In this document: positions 28,839 to 44,780 of the stretch, piece after piece
Numbering within the stretch: the stretch's first letter is position 1
How the letters are laid out: every line of letters begins with the position of its first letter
DNA from: the human T2T-CHM13v2.0 reference genome, Homo sapiens
Direction: 5' to 3' (one strand)
DNA length: 64,000 nucleotides
Assembly (NCBI RefSeq): GCF_009914755.1
Contig: NC_060936.1
Translations under genes and position numbers: made by a program
The notes under the pieces: model-generated
Databases searched by the model: none
What the model was told of the DNA's origin: nothing
Seen by the model: only the letters and a program-made list of their open reading frames with translations

Positions 28839-28990
28839 TTGATGACACACAGATTGCCAGGCCCTGTCGCCAGAGGTTCTGATTTAATAGGACAAAGGCA
28901 GGGCTCCCGAATTTGCCTTTTTCACAACTTCCAGGGCTATGCCAGATGCCAACATTGCCAGTCCGAGCCCCAGCTTTGCAAACTACCAAT
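28811..28990 (+). mobile_element. MER5A-like hAT DNA transposon fossil
   Basis: ggagagcttgatgacacacagattgccaggccc...cagaggttctgatttaatagg...gaatttgcc...ctttgcaaactacca follows the MER5A consensus as recalled. Confidence 0.65.
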
Positions 28991-29253
28991 GTCCTTAACA
29001 GAAGAAGAGAAACCCTAGGAGCAGGTGAGAAACTGTGAAATCTCTCCTCTGGGGAAAAAGTTTACTTTTGCCTTGACAGTTTTGCATTTATTGTTATTGT
29101 TGTTTGTTTGAGGTTTGGGTGAGATTGTTATTATTGATTGGTTGGGGAAAGAAAATTTTTTGGTAGAAGCTAAGGTATTTTTTTAAAATAATAACTTTAT
29201 CGAGACATCATTCACATGCCATAAAACTGATCCACTTAAAGTGTACAACTTAA

Positions 29254-29562
<309 letters not shown>

Positions 29563-30104
29563 TAATGTTTTTTAGCATATTTACCAAGTTGTGCATCCAC
29601 CATCACATCAGACCTTAAAACATTTTCATCATCTCTAAAAGGAAAGCCCATACACTTTAGCTATCACCTCCCTACTCCCCGTTCTCCTCAGCCCTAAGTC
29701 ACAACCACACTATTTTCTGTCTGCATGGATTTGCCTAGAGGGGCTGGCATTTATATCGTTATGGGAAACCATCCTAAAAATCCTCCACATGGGATTAGAA
29801 TCCCCATGACATCATCAAGTAACAATTTTTCTCCTTGTGAGAAGCAGATGAGAGGAATATATTGTGATTTTCCTAATCAAAGCTGCAGGAGACCTCGGCC
29901 TCCTCAGCACACGGTTGCAGGTTCGCAGTGAGAGAGGACAGAGGCTTCAAGACCTTTCCTTTAGATACCACATCTGCTCCTGTGTCTGAGTACCTCCCCG
30001 GCTAGCTCTGTAATTCTCGAAAAGACCTGTGCTCCAAACAAGGGACAGGAGGATTGTGGTTGGAGGTGATGCTGGATGCTTAGTTTCTGCCCTGAGTTAA
30101 ACTA

Positions 30105-30422
<318 letters not shown>

Positions 30423-31168
30423 TGGTCACAGCCACCTCCACCCCCATCCTGCCTGAACCTGCAGCAAGGCAACTGCTGGCCTTGGGCAAATCCCTCAGTG
30501 GTCCGCTCGGGTCAATGGAGCTACCCTAGTTCCAAGGCCCTGAGACAACGAGGCTGAAGAATTCCCTCCCTCAAGCAGGATGCTCAAGGAAAACCTGCCG
30601 TTGTTGTTGGCAGACAAATAAGAGTCTATGTTCGAGTGACCAGGTGGTTCCATTTCTTCTGGGACTATCTTCGTTTAAACCTGGAAGACCCATATTCCAG
30701 GAATCCTCCCAGGGGACACCCGCTTGGTTGGTAACTCCGGCCTGTGTGAGTCAGGCCCACTATCATTAAACACTTTCTGTTGGTGAGTTCAGTCACTTGG
30801 GGGCCTCGTGGTGTTCAAAATTTATCTTTCATTGCAATCTTAGGGCTACATATGACCTTACCAAGTGAGGGCACAGAGTCCTAATCTTGTTAGACCCTAA
30901 AACAAATTGGATCAGTCATCAAAGATTTCCAACACGCCTTCCCCACTGAGCACCAGCCCTGCAGCCACCTGCCAAGCCCACTTCCCCTTGGTGTGTGAAC
31001 ATGTGATCCCCTGGATGGGTCTGTGGGCTCATAACCTCTAATTCATTCCCAGGATGTATGTCAACCCATTTTGCAAATAAGGTCAAATGTTAAACAGGTG
31101 TGCGCCACTTCACAAAAGCCACTGCCTTTTCACTAAACTATGAGACCGGAGAAAGAGACACAACTGCG

Positions 31169-31564
<396 letters not shown>

Positions 31565-33353
31565 TTACTCAGCACACACTCATGGAACACCTGCTGCGTG
31601 CCTGGCCTGGTGCAACATGCAAAAGATGGAATAATGGCCGAGACCTCAAGGTGCTCACAGTCAGAGGGCAGAGGTAGAGAAGGGGGCAGCTATGGCACAG
31701 AATGATTGACACCACGATGGGTAGGGGCTCCACTCTGCTGCTCTTCTGCTCCCACCCCATTGTCGACAGAAGTTGCCTGTATACCCCAGCCTATCTTCTC
31801 GTGGTCTTACAGAAACTCGAAGGTCTGATGAAAGAAACTCTTCTCTCTCAGTGTGAATGGAGAATTGCCCTTCTCTATTAATATTAATAGCCACAGCAAC
31901 AATAATAAGAGACTCCATTTAGTGAGCACTTAGTCCACGCCAGGACCGATGTTAAACATCTTTTAGTTATTTACTTACAACTCCTTCTGAGGTAGGTGGT
32001 TTACCCGCCTGTCATAGATGAAAAAACAGGTGCAGAGCCTCCTTCCCAGGGCCACAGCTAGCAGGGTTGAAAGTAAAAGAATGATGGTAAAATGTACAAT
32101 GTTAACACTAATAAAAGGCTAACGTAGCTATACTGATGTCAGGAAAAGAACACCTTACAGCAAGAAGCATTACTAGAGATGAACACTTTACAATCATAAT
32201 AAAAATTATTTAAAAGGAAGCTAGAACAGCCCTAATTATGTATGAAAATTATAACAGCTGCAAAATATATACGCAGAAGATTGAAAACTGCGAAACACTA
32301 TTGAAAGAAACTGAAGAAGACCTAGATAAAAGGGAAAATATCCATGCTTATCTAGAACCCTAAGATAATCAATCTGTGTTGTCCGAAGCCACTCATTTGG
32401 TGGTCGTTTGTTCCAGCAGTGATGGGAATCCAACACAGTATCTTAGGGATGAGCCATGTGAGGGCCCAGGACGAGTCTCTCCAGAGAACAGCTCAGGCAC
32501 CCAGTAGCCGCAGTGGCAAGAGCCCCCTTGGCAAAGGCCAACTATCCTGCTAGGCCCAGGGACAGCCCCCGTTTCTGCCTCTTTTTTCGTTCTGTAACTG
32601 AGCATACCAGAGCAGCTGAGGACAAGGGCTGGCTGGCTTCTAATGCATAGGTCATCCTGTCCACTCGTTGAGTGCCTCTTCTGCAGTCTGGTGTTAACAT
32701 GCAATAGGTGAACCTCACACTCTGTGCCTGCTCCCACAAATTCAGCCATATGCCCCTTGTACAGACTTCTTTGTCTCCAGAGTTTTAATCTTCCTCCTTA
32801 AGGGGGCCTAACCAACTAGCCAGACCACCTGTTACTGCCTGGGAGTACACGTATATCCTCACCTGAAGCCACTTCTCTCTCCGTGTGACATGGATGGAAG
32901 GCACGTGTCCAGAGCTCTGTCCATTAAAAGGAATTTCACTCAATGCTCTTCCAGCTCCTCTTGGGACAGCAGTGTAGACTGTTTGTGGCCTGTATCAGTT
33001 TACTAAGCAGACCCATCTTTCTACCAGGCTTGAGGTTTTCCTCCTTTATCATCTGGCCTTTCTGAATCCCTCGTGAGGCCATCTGTGACAATGGAGAGAA
33101 GGGCATCTTGGAAACACTGGAGGCTGACTCCAAGCCTGGGCTGTTCATCAGGATGGAGTGTCTGTTCTGTGTGGACTGGCTCAGGCTTCATTCCAGAGAG
33201 GCCACTTCTGTCATACAGCAGACCTTACAGTGGATCTTACAGTGGATCCTCAGTGGATCGCTTCTGGAACCCATGTGAGTTGCAGCCTTATAACCTGCAG
33301 GGTCTAGTGACCCCCAGCTCAGGATGGGCAGCTCCGGTTGCACAGCCAGATGC

Positions 33354-33787
33354 TGTATTAGCTTCCCAGGGCTGTAACAATCAACTACCTCTAACTTGGT
33401 GGCTTAAAACAACAGGATTTATTTTCTCACCATTCTGGAGGACGGGAGTCCAAAATAAAGGTGTGGGCAGGGCCATACTCCCTCTGAAGGCTCGAGGGGA
33501 GGAGACTTCCTCACCTTCTCTAGCTTCTGGTGGCTCCTGGTGTCCTTTGGCTTGTGGGCGCATTGCTCCAGTGTCTGTATCTGTCTCGGCAGGTCCTTCT
33601 CTCTATCTGTGTCTTCTCCTTTCCTGCCTCTCCTAAGGATCCTCACTGGATTTAGCACCTCCCCAATCTAAGATTATCTCATCTCGAGATCCTTTCCTTA
33701 AAGACATTGGCAAAGGCTCTTAACCCAAATAAGATCACATTCTGTGGATGTGTCCTTGATGAGGGGAGGCACCATTCAACCCACTAT
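33354..33787 (-). mobile_element. MLT1 LTR
   Basis: tgtattagcttcccagggctg...ggtggcttaaaacaacagga...accattcaacccacta. Confidence 0.75.
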
Positions 33788-34909
33788 TGATGCTCACTCT
33801 CACCATTGCTCGCAGCTACTATTTGAATAACGGTGTCTACTTCTCTGTTAGAGACAGGTGGCTGTGCTCCAGAACCCTGGGCTCTCCACTGGGCTTCTTG
33901 TTTTGGACATTTCCAGAAACCACATAGGGCACCTAGTCTAACAGCAAGACCTCTACGGCCATGGGCTCTGCCAGCTCAAATGGCCCAAGTGACAAGCCCA
34001 TTCATCTGCAGCCTGGACTTGATGAAGACATTTTTGTTTTCACTCTGAGTCCCACTAAAAGCTAGCAACCTGTTGAGTCTCTCAATATACGGCCAAGAAA
34101 GCGTGGCCAAGAAAGCTAGGCTGCCTCTGAAACCAGAGGCGACATGCCAAGCAGTGTTCCTCTTTCTCAGTGTTGGGAGGTACAAGGAGCAACTTGTACT
34201 GTACCTTGTAGGGAAAGTTTCAACAGCGTAGACGTGCCTTAGACCACTCATCATTTTACCAACGTGGCAGGATTCGAACATTCTGCAGAGGTCGTCTCTC
34301 ACCCTCTGGAGCATGTATTCCAGGTCACTCAAAATTCTTGCCACTTCCTGCTCATCAGATCCAATTAACGTGGTCCATGAATACACTTGGTCAGCATGAT
34401 GCTCTGCAGAACATCCAGACCACCCAGCTTTCCCTGGATTATTCTGTAACAGAAGGAAAAGAATTGAGACAGTCATTCTTGTCCATCCCTTAGGCCTGAA
34501 AAAGAGCCCTCTGATACTCCAGGCACCACTCAAAACTGGCAACCTTCCAAAAATCACCCAGCTAATGATAGAAACAGCATTGCCAAAGGCGGGATGTGCT
34601 ACCTTTGCCTACCTGGTCCTGTCCAGGGCCACATGCGTCCTCCTGGGTTGAGAGCTGCCCTGGGACAATGTGAGCTCCCAGGCTCTTCTTGGCCTCTGCA
34701 GAGGTAAGCAAAGTGGGCTTCCAGTGCCCAAGAACGGTCCTCTAAGGAAGAGCTGCAGGTGCCAGCTAGTAGGAAGGAAATCTGGAAGAAGCCAGGCAGA
34801 CAGGGGGAAGGAATTCACAAAAGGCATTCACCAAAAGGCATGGCATGGAGAGATCTGGATGTGGGCAGAACATCAACTTTGTTCATTACAAATACAAACC
34901 AAATATTCA

Positions 34910-35300
<391 letters not shown>

Positions 35301-37354
35301 GAAAGTTTCAGCTGTGGAAAATGTTAAGGGGAGGAAGACAGTGCTAGGACAAGTTGTAAGGAGGGCACCTGAGGTGGTCAGGGAAGTCAGCAAAGGCCAC
35401 GCAGAGGAAATATGGCTTGACCGGAGACTTAGGATGCATCAGAAAGGCTAGGAATCTAGATGAAATACCAGGCAGAGAAAAGCACAGGTGCAAAGACTCA
35501 GAACAGAAAGGTGAGAGCTTGCCAAGAACTGGGCATTGAAAAACAAAAGTGAAAACAAAAACACAATGTTGTTGGAGAGAGTTTCCCGGGGCAATGAAAA
35601 ATCACTGTTTCCCCTGTTCACAGCTGTGGAGGTCACAGCTCTGTTGGGAACAGGGGCCAAATGCCCATGTAATACGTTGGCTTTTTAAATCGGCATTTGT
35701 TCTGAGTTCTTTATAGTGGCTTGAAGTATTCAAACATTTGACTGTCACACTAGGGTGCTGGGATGGTCTTTGCATCTAAAAATTTGTATCTGGAGAAGCT
35801 AAATTGGGTGGGTTTCCTGAGTGTTTGCCTGATCAAAAAGGTTTATTAACTGCTTCTAAACAATAAACAAATAAGCAAAAACAAAAACCCATGGGCTCTG
35901 ACGGTCGAGTCCTATTTTAGGAGTTCCTTGAGGTGGAGGTGCTTATTTGAAAATGTGGATCAAGAAAGTTTATAAAGTAGAACTAAGAAGAAGAGGAAAG
36001 TAGGTTATTCTGTTACCATTTTTCTTTTGGGGAAGACATTAGATTATGTTTCAAAGAATGAGGCAAATTATGACATTTTTTCAATTTATCCTCTACCAAC
36101 CAAAATATTCTGTCCAAAAAGCCTTTTTCTTTCTGTCAAAGAGGGCATTTGCGTGGAAAAAAATTACCGGACTGTGAAATTTTATTGATTTAAAAAAAAT
36201 CAGATTAAGTTAGGGGTCAAGATTTACATTTTCTGTAATATGCACTGTCCTTTGAATGAGGCATATAATTGGAAGACTCAGGCCATTTTGAATTGTGAGG
36301 ACACACTCTCTAGACAGCTGCTGCTTCAGAGTATTTCTGTAGCCACGGAAAGAGAAATCAATTCCATTAAAGGTGACAGTATGGACTTAGACTGGATGTG
36401 GGTGATACAAACTGGGGTGAAGACACAGCAGATCCAATTCATTCATCCATTCACTCAACAAATACTCACAGAGCATGGGTTATGAATGAGACACTAGTCT
36501 AAGTGGTTGGAATATGGCAGTAGACAAGAGGAGTCCCTATCCATATGGAACTTGTACTCTTGAAGGGGAGAATCAGTTAAAAGCAAACATTAAATCAATC
36601 AATGATGATATAAGACAGTGAAAAAATAGCACTATAAAGGATATAAACAGAGTGGTGTGGTAAACAATAACCAGGCGCCATGCGTGGAAAAGGTACTACT
36701 TATGTGGGGTGGTCACGAGATGACATATAAGCTGAGAATTTATGAATAAGCACAGTTGTGCCTGGGGATTTGGATCCCAGACAAAGCAAATAGCAGGTGC
36801 AAAGGCCTGGAAGCAAGAGTGAGCTCACCGTGTTTGAGAACTAGAAAAATGCCCATGTGGTTGGAAGGCAGTGAGTGCAGGAGAAGATCATAAAGGGTGA
36901 GACTGCTAACCTGCGGCATGGCAAGGAGAGTGGGTAGAGTGAAAGCCACTGAGGGCTTCTCAGAATCCCATTTAAAAGATGAGTAGAGCCACCAGGTGGA
37001 GAGTGTGTTGAGGTGTGTTCCATTAGGAGGGCTACTTGCAATTGTACTGGGGAAGGACTGCAGTGGCTCAGAGGTAGTAGCAGGGGAGATGCAAAGAACT
37101 CTTAAAATGTAGGATGCATTTTGCAGCAAGAATACAACAGACACTGTTGGTGCCCCACCCATATTCCCCCACAGTCCAGGTGCAGTACCTGCCAACAGCA
37201 CCTAACACAAGCATGCAAAACATGACTGAATGCTTTCGGAATAGCTAGAGAGTTGCCATGTTGGTGAGCAGCCTTCAGCCAATGACAGTCAGGAAACAGG
37301 ATCTAGGGGCATCCTCGTGTCCACATCCTTGCATAGGTCTCTCCCCCCTAATTT

Positions 37355-37790
37355 ATGCCACACTGTGCAATGAATAAAATGAGGTAGATGTAATGATATG
37401 TGGCTTCTGAGACTGGGTCACAAAAAGCATTGTGGTTTCTTTCTTGCACTTTCTCATTCTGGGGGATTCCAGCTGCCATGTTGTAAGGAGACTCAAGCAG
37501 CTCTATAGACAGCCCCCTGTGGTGAGGAACTGAGGCCTCCTGCCCATAGCTGGTAAGGAACTGGGGCCTCCCACCAAAAGCCACGTAGGGGCACATACTC
37601 CAGCCCCATTCAAACCTTCAGATAAATGCAGCCCTGGCTGGTACCTTGAGTGTAACATTGTAAGAGAACCTGAGCCAGAACCACCCAGCTAAACTACTTC
37701 CAAATTCTTGGCTCACAGAAATTGTGAGATAAGTGTTTGTCATCTTAAGCTGCTAAGTTTGGGGTAATTTGTTATGCACCAAAAGTAAGT
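37355..37790 (+). mobile_element. MLT1-type LTR
   Basis: tggtgaggaactgaggcctcctgccc...ctgagccagaaccacccagctaa...ttaagctgctaagtttggggtaatttgttatgca. Confidence 0.65.
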
Positions 37791-38002
37791 AAGCATTTAT
37801 GTCCTTCAGATGGAATAACTCAGAGGCATGTTCTACAGTGTAGAATGTATGCCATTCTGTCATGAGCTGGAGTCAGGTGGTATTGGCTCACAAAGTATGA
37901 CCATAAACATCTCTTCCCAAATCCTTATTCAGTCCCATCTCACTGGTAGCTTAAAATCAGCCATGGGAGGGATATTTACAACATCAAAATTGGAAAACAT
38001 TA

Positions 38003-38576
38003 TGTGATGGTTAATATTAGATGGCAACTTGATTGGATTGAAGGATGCTTAGATGGCTAGGGAAGTATTGTCTCTGGGTGTGTCTGTGAGGGTGTTGCCA
38101 GAGGAGATAGACATGAGTCTGTGGGTTGGGAGAGGAATACCTACCCTCAATATGTGTGGGCACCATCCAATCAGTTGCCAGTATGACCAGAACAAGGCAG
38201 GTGGAAGAAGGTGGGATGCCCTTGCTTGCTGGGTCTCCTGGCTTCTTTCTTTCTCCCATGTTGGATGCTCCCTCCCACTCCTCCTGCCCTTGGACGTCAG
38301 ACTGCAGGTTCTTTAGCCTTTGGACTTTAGTACTTGTACCAGTGGTTTGCTGGGGGCTCTTGAGCCTTTGGCCACAGACTGAAGGCCACACTGTTGGTTT
38401 CCCTGATTTTGAGGCTTTTGGACTCCAACTGAACCACTACTGGCTTCTTTCTTCCCCATCTTGCAAATGGCCTATCCTGGGACTTCACCGTGTAATTGTG
38501 TGAGCCAGTTCTCTCTAATAAACTCCCTTTCATAGATCCATTGATTCTGTCTCTCTGGAGAACCCTGACTAATACA
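38003..38576 (+). mobile_element. MLT2 (ERVL) solo LTR
   Basis: tgtgatggttaatatt...gattggattgaaggatgc...ctggagaaccctgactaataca. Confidence 0.85.
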
Positions 38577-38588
38577 GATTCAACTTTC

Positions 38589-39496
38589 TGTATTAATCTA
38601 TTTTTACACTGCTAGGAAGAAATACCTGAGACTGAGTAATTTCTAAAGAAAAGAGGTTTCATTGGCTCACGGTCCCACGGGCTGCACAGGAAGCATGGCA
38701 GTGTCTGCTTCTGGGGAGGCCTCAGAGAGCTTTTACTTGTGGTGGAAGGTGAGGCAGGAGCAAGCACTTCCCATGGTTGGGGCAGGAGGAAGGGACAGGG
38801 AGGTGCCACGCATTTTTTTTTTTTTAATTTTACTTTAAGCTCTGGGATACAGGTGCTAAATGTGCAGGTTTTGTTACATAGGTACACATGTACTATGGTG
38901 GTTTGCTGCACCTATCAACCCATTATCTAGGTTTTAAGCCCCGCATGCATTAGGTATTTGTCCTAATGCTCTCCCTCCCCTCATCCCCCACCCCCTGACA
39001 GGCCCCAGCGTGTGATGTTCCCCTCCCTATGTCCATGTGTTCTCATTGTTCAACTCTCACTTCTGAGTGAGAACATTCAGTGTTTGGTTTTCTGTTCCTG
39101 CGTTAGTTTGCTGAGAATGATGGTTTCCTGCTTCATCCATGTCCCTGCACAGGACGTGAACTCATTGTTTTTTATGGCTGCATAGTATTCCATGGTGTCT
39201 ATGTGCCACATTTTCTGTATCTCATCTATCATTGATGGGCATTTCTGTTGGTTCCAAGTCTTTGCTAATGTAAACTTATACAAAAATTAACTCAAGATGG
39301 TGCCACACATTTAAACAACCAGATCTCGCAGTAACTTACTCACTCTCATGAGAACAGCACCTAGAGGTTGGTGCTAAATCATTCATGAGAACTCCACTCC
39401 ATCGATCCAGTCACCTCCCGCCAGGCCCACCTCCAACACTGGGTATTACAGTTGGACATGAGATTTAGGTGGGGACACGGATCCAAACAATATCAC
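38589..39496 (-). mobile_element. MST (MaLR) LTR split by an L1
   Basis: tgtattaatc...aaatacctgagactgagtaattt...ggtggggacacggatccaaacaatatca. Confidence 0.8.
38813..39300 (-). mobile_element. L1PA 3' end, 5'-truncated with short inverted segment
   Basis: PolyT + L1 3'UTR; TSD ggtgccac(g/a)cattt at 38802-38815 and 39299-39312. Confidence 0.9.
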
Positions 39497-39502
39497 ACTA
39501 CA

Positions 39503-39925
39503 TGCATTAGCTTCCTACAGCTGCTGTAACAAATTACCACAAACTTAAAACAACAGAAAAGTAATCTCTTACAGTTCAGAAAGCTAGAAGTCTGGAATCA
39601 TGGTGTCAGTGGGCCATGCTCCCTCCAAAGGCTCTAGAGGAGGATCCTGCCTCCCCTCTTCCAGCTCCTGGTGGCTTCCGGCATTCCTTGGCTTGTGGCT
39701 GCGTTGCTCCAGTCTCTGCCCCCATCTTTACAGTGCCTTCCCTCCAGTTTTGCATGTTGCTGCATCTTACAAGAACACCAGTCACTGCATATAGGGCCCA
39801 CACTAATTCAGCATGACTTAACATTAATAATCACATGTACAAAGACCCTATGTCCAAATACAGTCACATTCTGAGGTTCTGGGTGGACCTGAATTTAGGA
39901 GAGGACACCATTCAATGCATTAAAC
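39503..39925 (-). mobile_element. MLT1 LTR
   Basis: gctgctgtaacaaattaccacaaactt...gtcacattctgaggttctgggtggac. Confidence 0.75.
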
Positions 39926-40222
39926 TACAAATCAGAGTTTCCTTCAGAGCCGTTCACCAGGACACCACTGACCCCATCTCCCTCAGAGTCCTCGCAGGAC
40001 TGAGTTCCATTTGTCGCAGAGGTGGTATGCTCGTTCACACGCCTGCATTGTCTTCCTTCCCTTCCCGACCTCACGGCCCAGCTCTGTAGTGGTGCCTTCT
40101 TGGAATAAACTGCTCCAAAATCAATTGTTTGCTTTCAAACCTTTGTTCCAGGTTCTACTTCTGGAGGAATTCAATGTAAGACCTAAGACCATAAGGATTT
40201 GTCAATAGATCAAGAATCTTGG

Positions 40223-40540
40223 GGCCAGCCATGATGGCTCATCCCTGTAATCTCAGCACTTTGGGACATCAAGGCAGAAGGATTGCTTGAGGACAGGAGT
40301 TTGAGGAGTTTGAGGTTAGCCTGGGCCTCTGTTGAGCAAGACCTCATCTCTACAAAAAAAAAAAATGTTTAATCGCTGAGTGAGGTGGGATGTGCTTGTA
40401 GTCCCAGCTAATCAGGAGGCTGAGGTGGGAGGATCACTTGAGCCTGGGAGTTCAAGGCTCAGTGAGCTAGGAACATGCCACTGCACTCCAGCCTGGGTAA
40501 CAGAGAAAGACCCTGTCTCAAAAAAATAAAAAACAAAAGA
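40223..40540 (+). mobile_element. AluJ
   Basis: Diverged Alu; TSD-like aagaatcttggg/aagaatcctggg. Confidence 0.85.
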
Positions 40541-40624
40541 ATCCTGGGATTTCTTACTTGAGCAACTAGTGGATGGTTCATACATTTACTGAGGTAATGA
40601 TTGAATGACTTAAAAGAAAAAACT

Positions 40625-40925
40625 GGCCGGGTGCAGTGGCTCATGCCTGTAATCCTAGCCCTTCGGGAGGCCAAGGCAGGTGATCAGCTGAGGCCAGGAG
40701 TTGGAGACCAGCCTGACCAACATGAAAAAACCCATCTCTACTAAAAATACAAAAATTAGCCTGGCATGGTAGCAGGTGCCTGTGGTCCCAGTTACTAAAG
40801 AGGCTGAGGTGGAAGGATCACTTGAGCCCAGGAGGTCAAGGCTGTAGTGAGCCATGATTGCACCATTGCACTCCAGCCTGGGCAACAGAGCAAGACACTG
40901 TTTCAAAAAATAAAAAAGGAAAATA
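40625..40925 (+). mobile_element. Alu (J/S)
   Basis: ggccgggtgcagtggctcatgcc...A-rich tail. Confidence 0.88.
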
Positions 40926-41057
40926 AAAACCTTCATCAGATGGTGTCTGTAGAAATTCCTCCATGGAATCCTCTCAGCCGAGTCATGGTAGAAGGCAGTT
41001 TCCATGTGGGATCAGGGTAAGTGGCTACCCTCACCCTTCAGCCTCCTGGTGCATGAG

Positions 41058-41739
<682 letters not shown>

Positions 41740-44104
41740 TTGAGTGTGAGTGTTTTGTCTTGGTTTGCATAAGTAGCACTCTGTCCGCAGCACCCCACTT
41801 GGCCTTTTTGCCTGGTGTCGTCTTCTAGTGGAGAAAATAGGCACAAATTGCAACAGACCCTGCAATTATATAAAAATTTGAGGACTGAGATTATTGGGAC
41901 ACCTGGCAGTGTTTAAACAGTTATCAGACATCTTCCGGTAAAGGAAGATCAATCTCATGAAAAAGAAAAGCTGTAATTATCCAGATGATTTAAGTTCAGA
42001 AGTATCAAATAAGAAAACATTCCTCCTTTCTGCCTCAATTACTATCCACTGCTTAAATCAAGGACACTTGTGGCCACAGGCAGACATGAAAGTTTCTAGA
42101 ATCTTCTGTTTCTTAATAAATGACCATAGTAAATGCAAATGGGCTCCCAATTTTAAAACCTCAAGATATGAAAACTTCTTATTTCTGGCAGAATGGTCTT
42201 CAGGCCAAAGACTCAGGTGCGTAAAAAATATAATTTTCTTTTTTTTTTTTTACTGAAATTATTTTTTGATGAAGTCCTTTACCTTTAGTAACAAGAATTC
42301 ATTTCAAACAATTCAGATTTTCCGCCTTTCTCCCCAGGGATGCGTCTGAGTTCCAGTAGGTTAAAGTGATGCATGAAATTGTACCAGGAGTTGAGGAGCG
42401 GTTGCTGCCTTGAGTCTCTTCGCGCAGGCATCTGCTGTCCCAGCTGGTCCTTCCTGATCCCAGAGCAACACTGTTCTAGGTCCAGGTCATGTTCATTTAC
42501 TCCCCAGCTGCTGTGGCAGTCACACAATCCTTCCAGTGCTCCTACACCTTGTTGAGCTACAGAATACCACGTGACATGACCTAAGACAGTTCCCATTTTC
42601 ATGCTGCTCCTGTGTGGATCAGAATCCATCGCTACCAAACCATTCCAGGTATTAGGGAATTCTTTGATGTAGGTCTTTAAGTCATGCCTGCCTTAAAATA
42701 AATTAAATTATTATACAAAAAATTAAAGTGTGTGGTCACAGACCTGAGTTTACTGAAATCTGCATTTACTAGGTTGACTTTTTTACCCTGAGGGTCATTA
42801 GTCATCTTCCCCAAAACTTTGCTCTACGAAAGGACTCACTGGAGTAGTCTTTGACGAGTAAACATCCAAGCTATGCTTCAAATGTGATTTGCCCCATGCA
42901 CAATATTCAGGAAAATGCTTGTATGTAGAGAAAGGTGCACTGGGTTATAAAAGGCAGTGAGAAGGATAGAGTGGATTCTGGATGGTCAATGCACACTTGC
43001 ATTTATACCCTTAGCATAACGCCTTGGGAGACGTCCACCGAACAGATGAGCATCAGATAAGGTGAGTCTGGTTGAGGTAAGTCTTTGGCCCCCAGTGAAC
43101 ATTTTTGTTCTTCATGTGCGTGACCCTGACAAATTCCTTTTCCTCCTACAAAGTGGTTTAAAGTGGATTCCAGAGTCAGACTGACTTGGTGCATATCCTG
43201 ACCGTGTCAGCTCAGTGGTGTCATTTGACAAACCATTTAATCTTTCTGCACCCCAGCCTCCTTAGTAACTCGGGAGCTCACGCAGTGTTCTCATTCCATT
43301 GCAGCGTTAGCCTCATTGTTAGCCTCATTCTGCCTAAACTTGGCAATAACCTTAGGATAAAGATAGTTTAAGATAGTTTCATTATCTCTATTGTATGAGA
43401 AAATGGGAGTAAAGAGGCGAATGAACGTGAGTAGCATTGCCCTGCTAGAGAGGGGTAGAGTTGCTCCAACTCCAGAGCCTAGACTTTTAACCACCACACA
43501 ATTCTCCTTCCACCATAGTGGAAGTGATTCCAGCAGGAGATTCTCCCCAATAAGGATCTTGTGTGGGCTCCATGAAGTATTGCAAGATGAGCACCTAGCA
43601 AAGTGCCCAGCCCGAGGTGAGTGCTCAGTCCATGTTGGCTATGACTGTTATAGTTCAGGGGCAAGGACTGTGTCTGAAGCCATTTGCATTTCTGGTGCCT
43701 TGCTAAACAATCACCCTCCACTTCAGGGTATACCCACTCAGCTGCTTCTCGGGTACAGCGGCTAACTTTTCTTTCCTGCCAGGAAACCCAGGAGACCTGA
43801 AAGGGCAGGGAGTGACCTGGTTGGGGTTTGGGGAGCTATAACACTTGCCTCACTGACTGTCTTGGGTCTAAGTCATCTGGAGCTAAAGGCTTGTAGAATA
43901 ACAGATCAGGCTTAGGAAACATTTCTGCCTTGGCCCCAAGGCCTCTGCCCCATCCCACAAAAGCAACCAGGACAAGGTGACCTGGGATGAAGACGGCCAG
44001 AGTTCCCTCACTTCCTCTCTTTGGATGCTCATCTTTAAAGTTAATCTTATATGGTATTATAATATTGCCTATATTATAGGTATTATAGTATTACCTATGT
44101 TTTA

Positions 44105-44260
44105 GCCTGGTGTGGCAACATATGTCTGTATTCCCAACTACTCAGGAGACTGAAGTGGGAGAATTGCTTGAGCCTGGGAGGTCAAGGCTGCAGGGAGCCA
44201 TGATCGTGCCACTGTACTCCAGCCTGGGTGACAGAGTGACACCTGCCTTAAAAAAAAAAA
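44105..44260 (+). mobile_element. Alu right-arm monomer (FRAM/AluJ fragment)
   Basis: Single monomer with polyA. Confidence 0.8.
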
Positions 44261-44780
44261 TGGAATTACCTATGTCACGAGGTTGTAGAAAGGCTGAAAC
44301 AAGACGATGGAGTTGGAAATACTTGGATGCATTAGTCAGGGTAGCCAGGGGTTGTAACACATAATCCTCCAATCTCACTGATATAACCCCACAAAAGGTT
44401 ATTTCTCACTCACTTCACAGTCCCGTAGGGATGGTGTGGAAGGTGGAAGGAGGCCCTGTTTCCTCTTTCATTCAGCTTCTTCCACCTTGCAGCTCCAGGC
44501 TCCCCAGCATCCTCTCAAATCAACCAGAAGCTGAGGAAAGAAAACAAGGATGCTATGTGGGGGATTGCCATGGGCCATGCCTGGATGTGAGGTCTGTCAC
44601 TTCCTCCTGCATTTTCAACACAGACGGCAGAGGAAGCAGGGAGAGGCAGCCTGGTTGTGCCAGGAATGTGGTTTGGTGGACACTCTGCCATCTCCGCCTC
44701 AGTGCACCTCACCCCGTGTATGTGCACAATTTCCCTGGCCTCCTCCTGTTGCTGTCTTTAAGGAAGACTAGGAGTGGGAA

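Noticed and set aside
33976-34557. 193-aa minus-strand ORF in unique DNA
   Set aside because: Non-ATG start, no recognisable domain or exon structure; within chance expectation.
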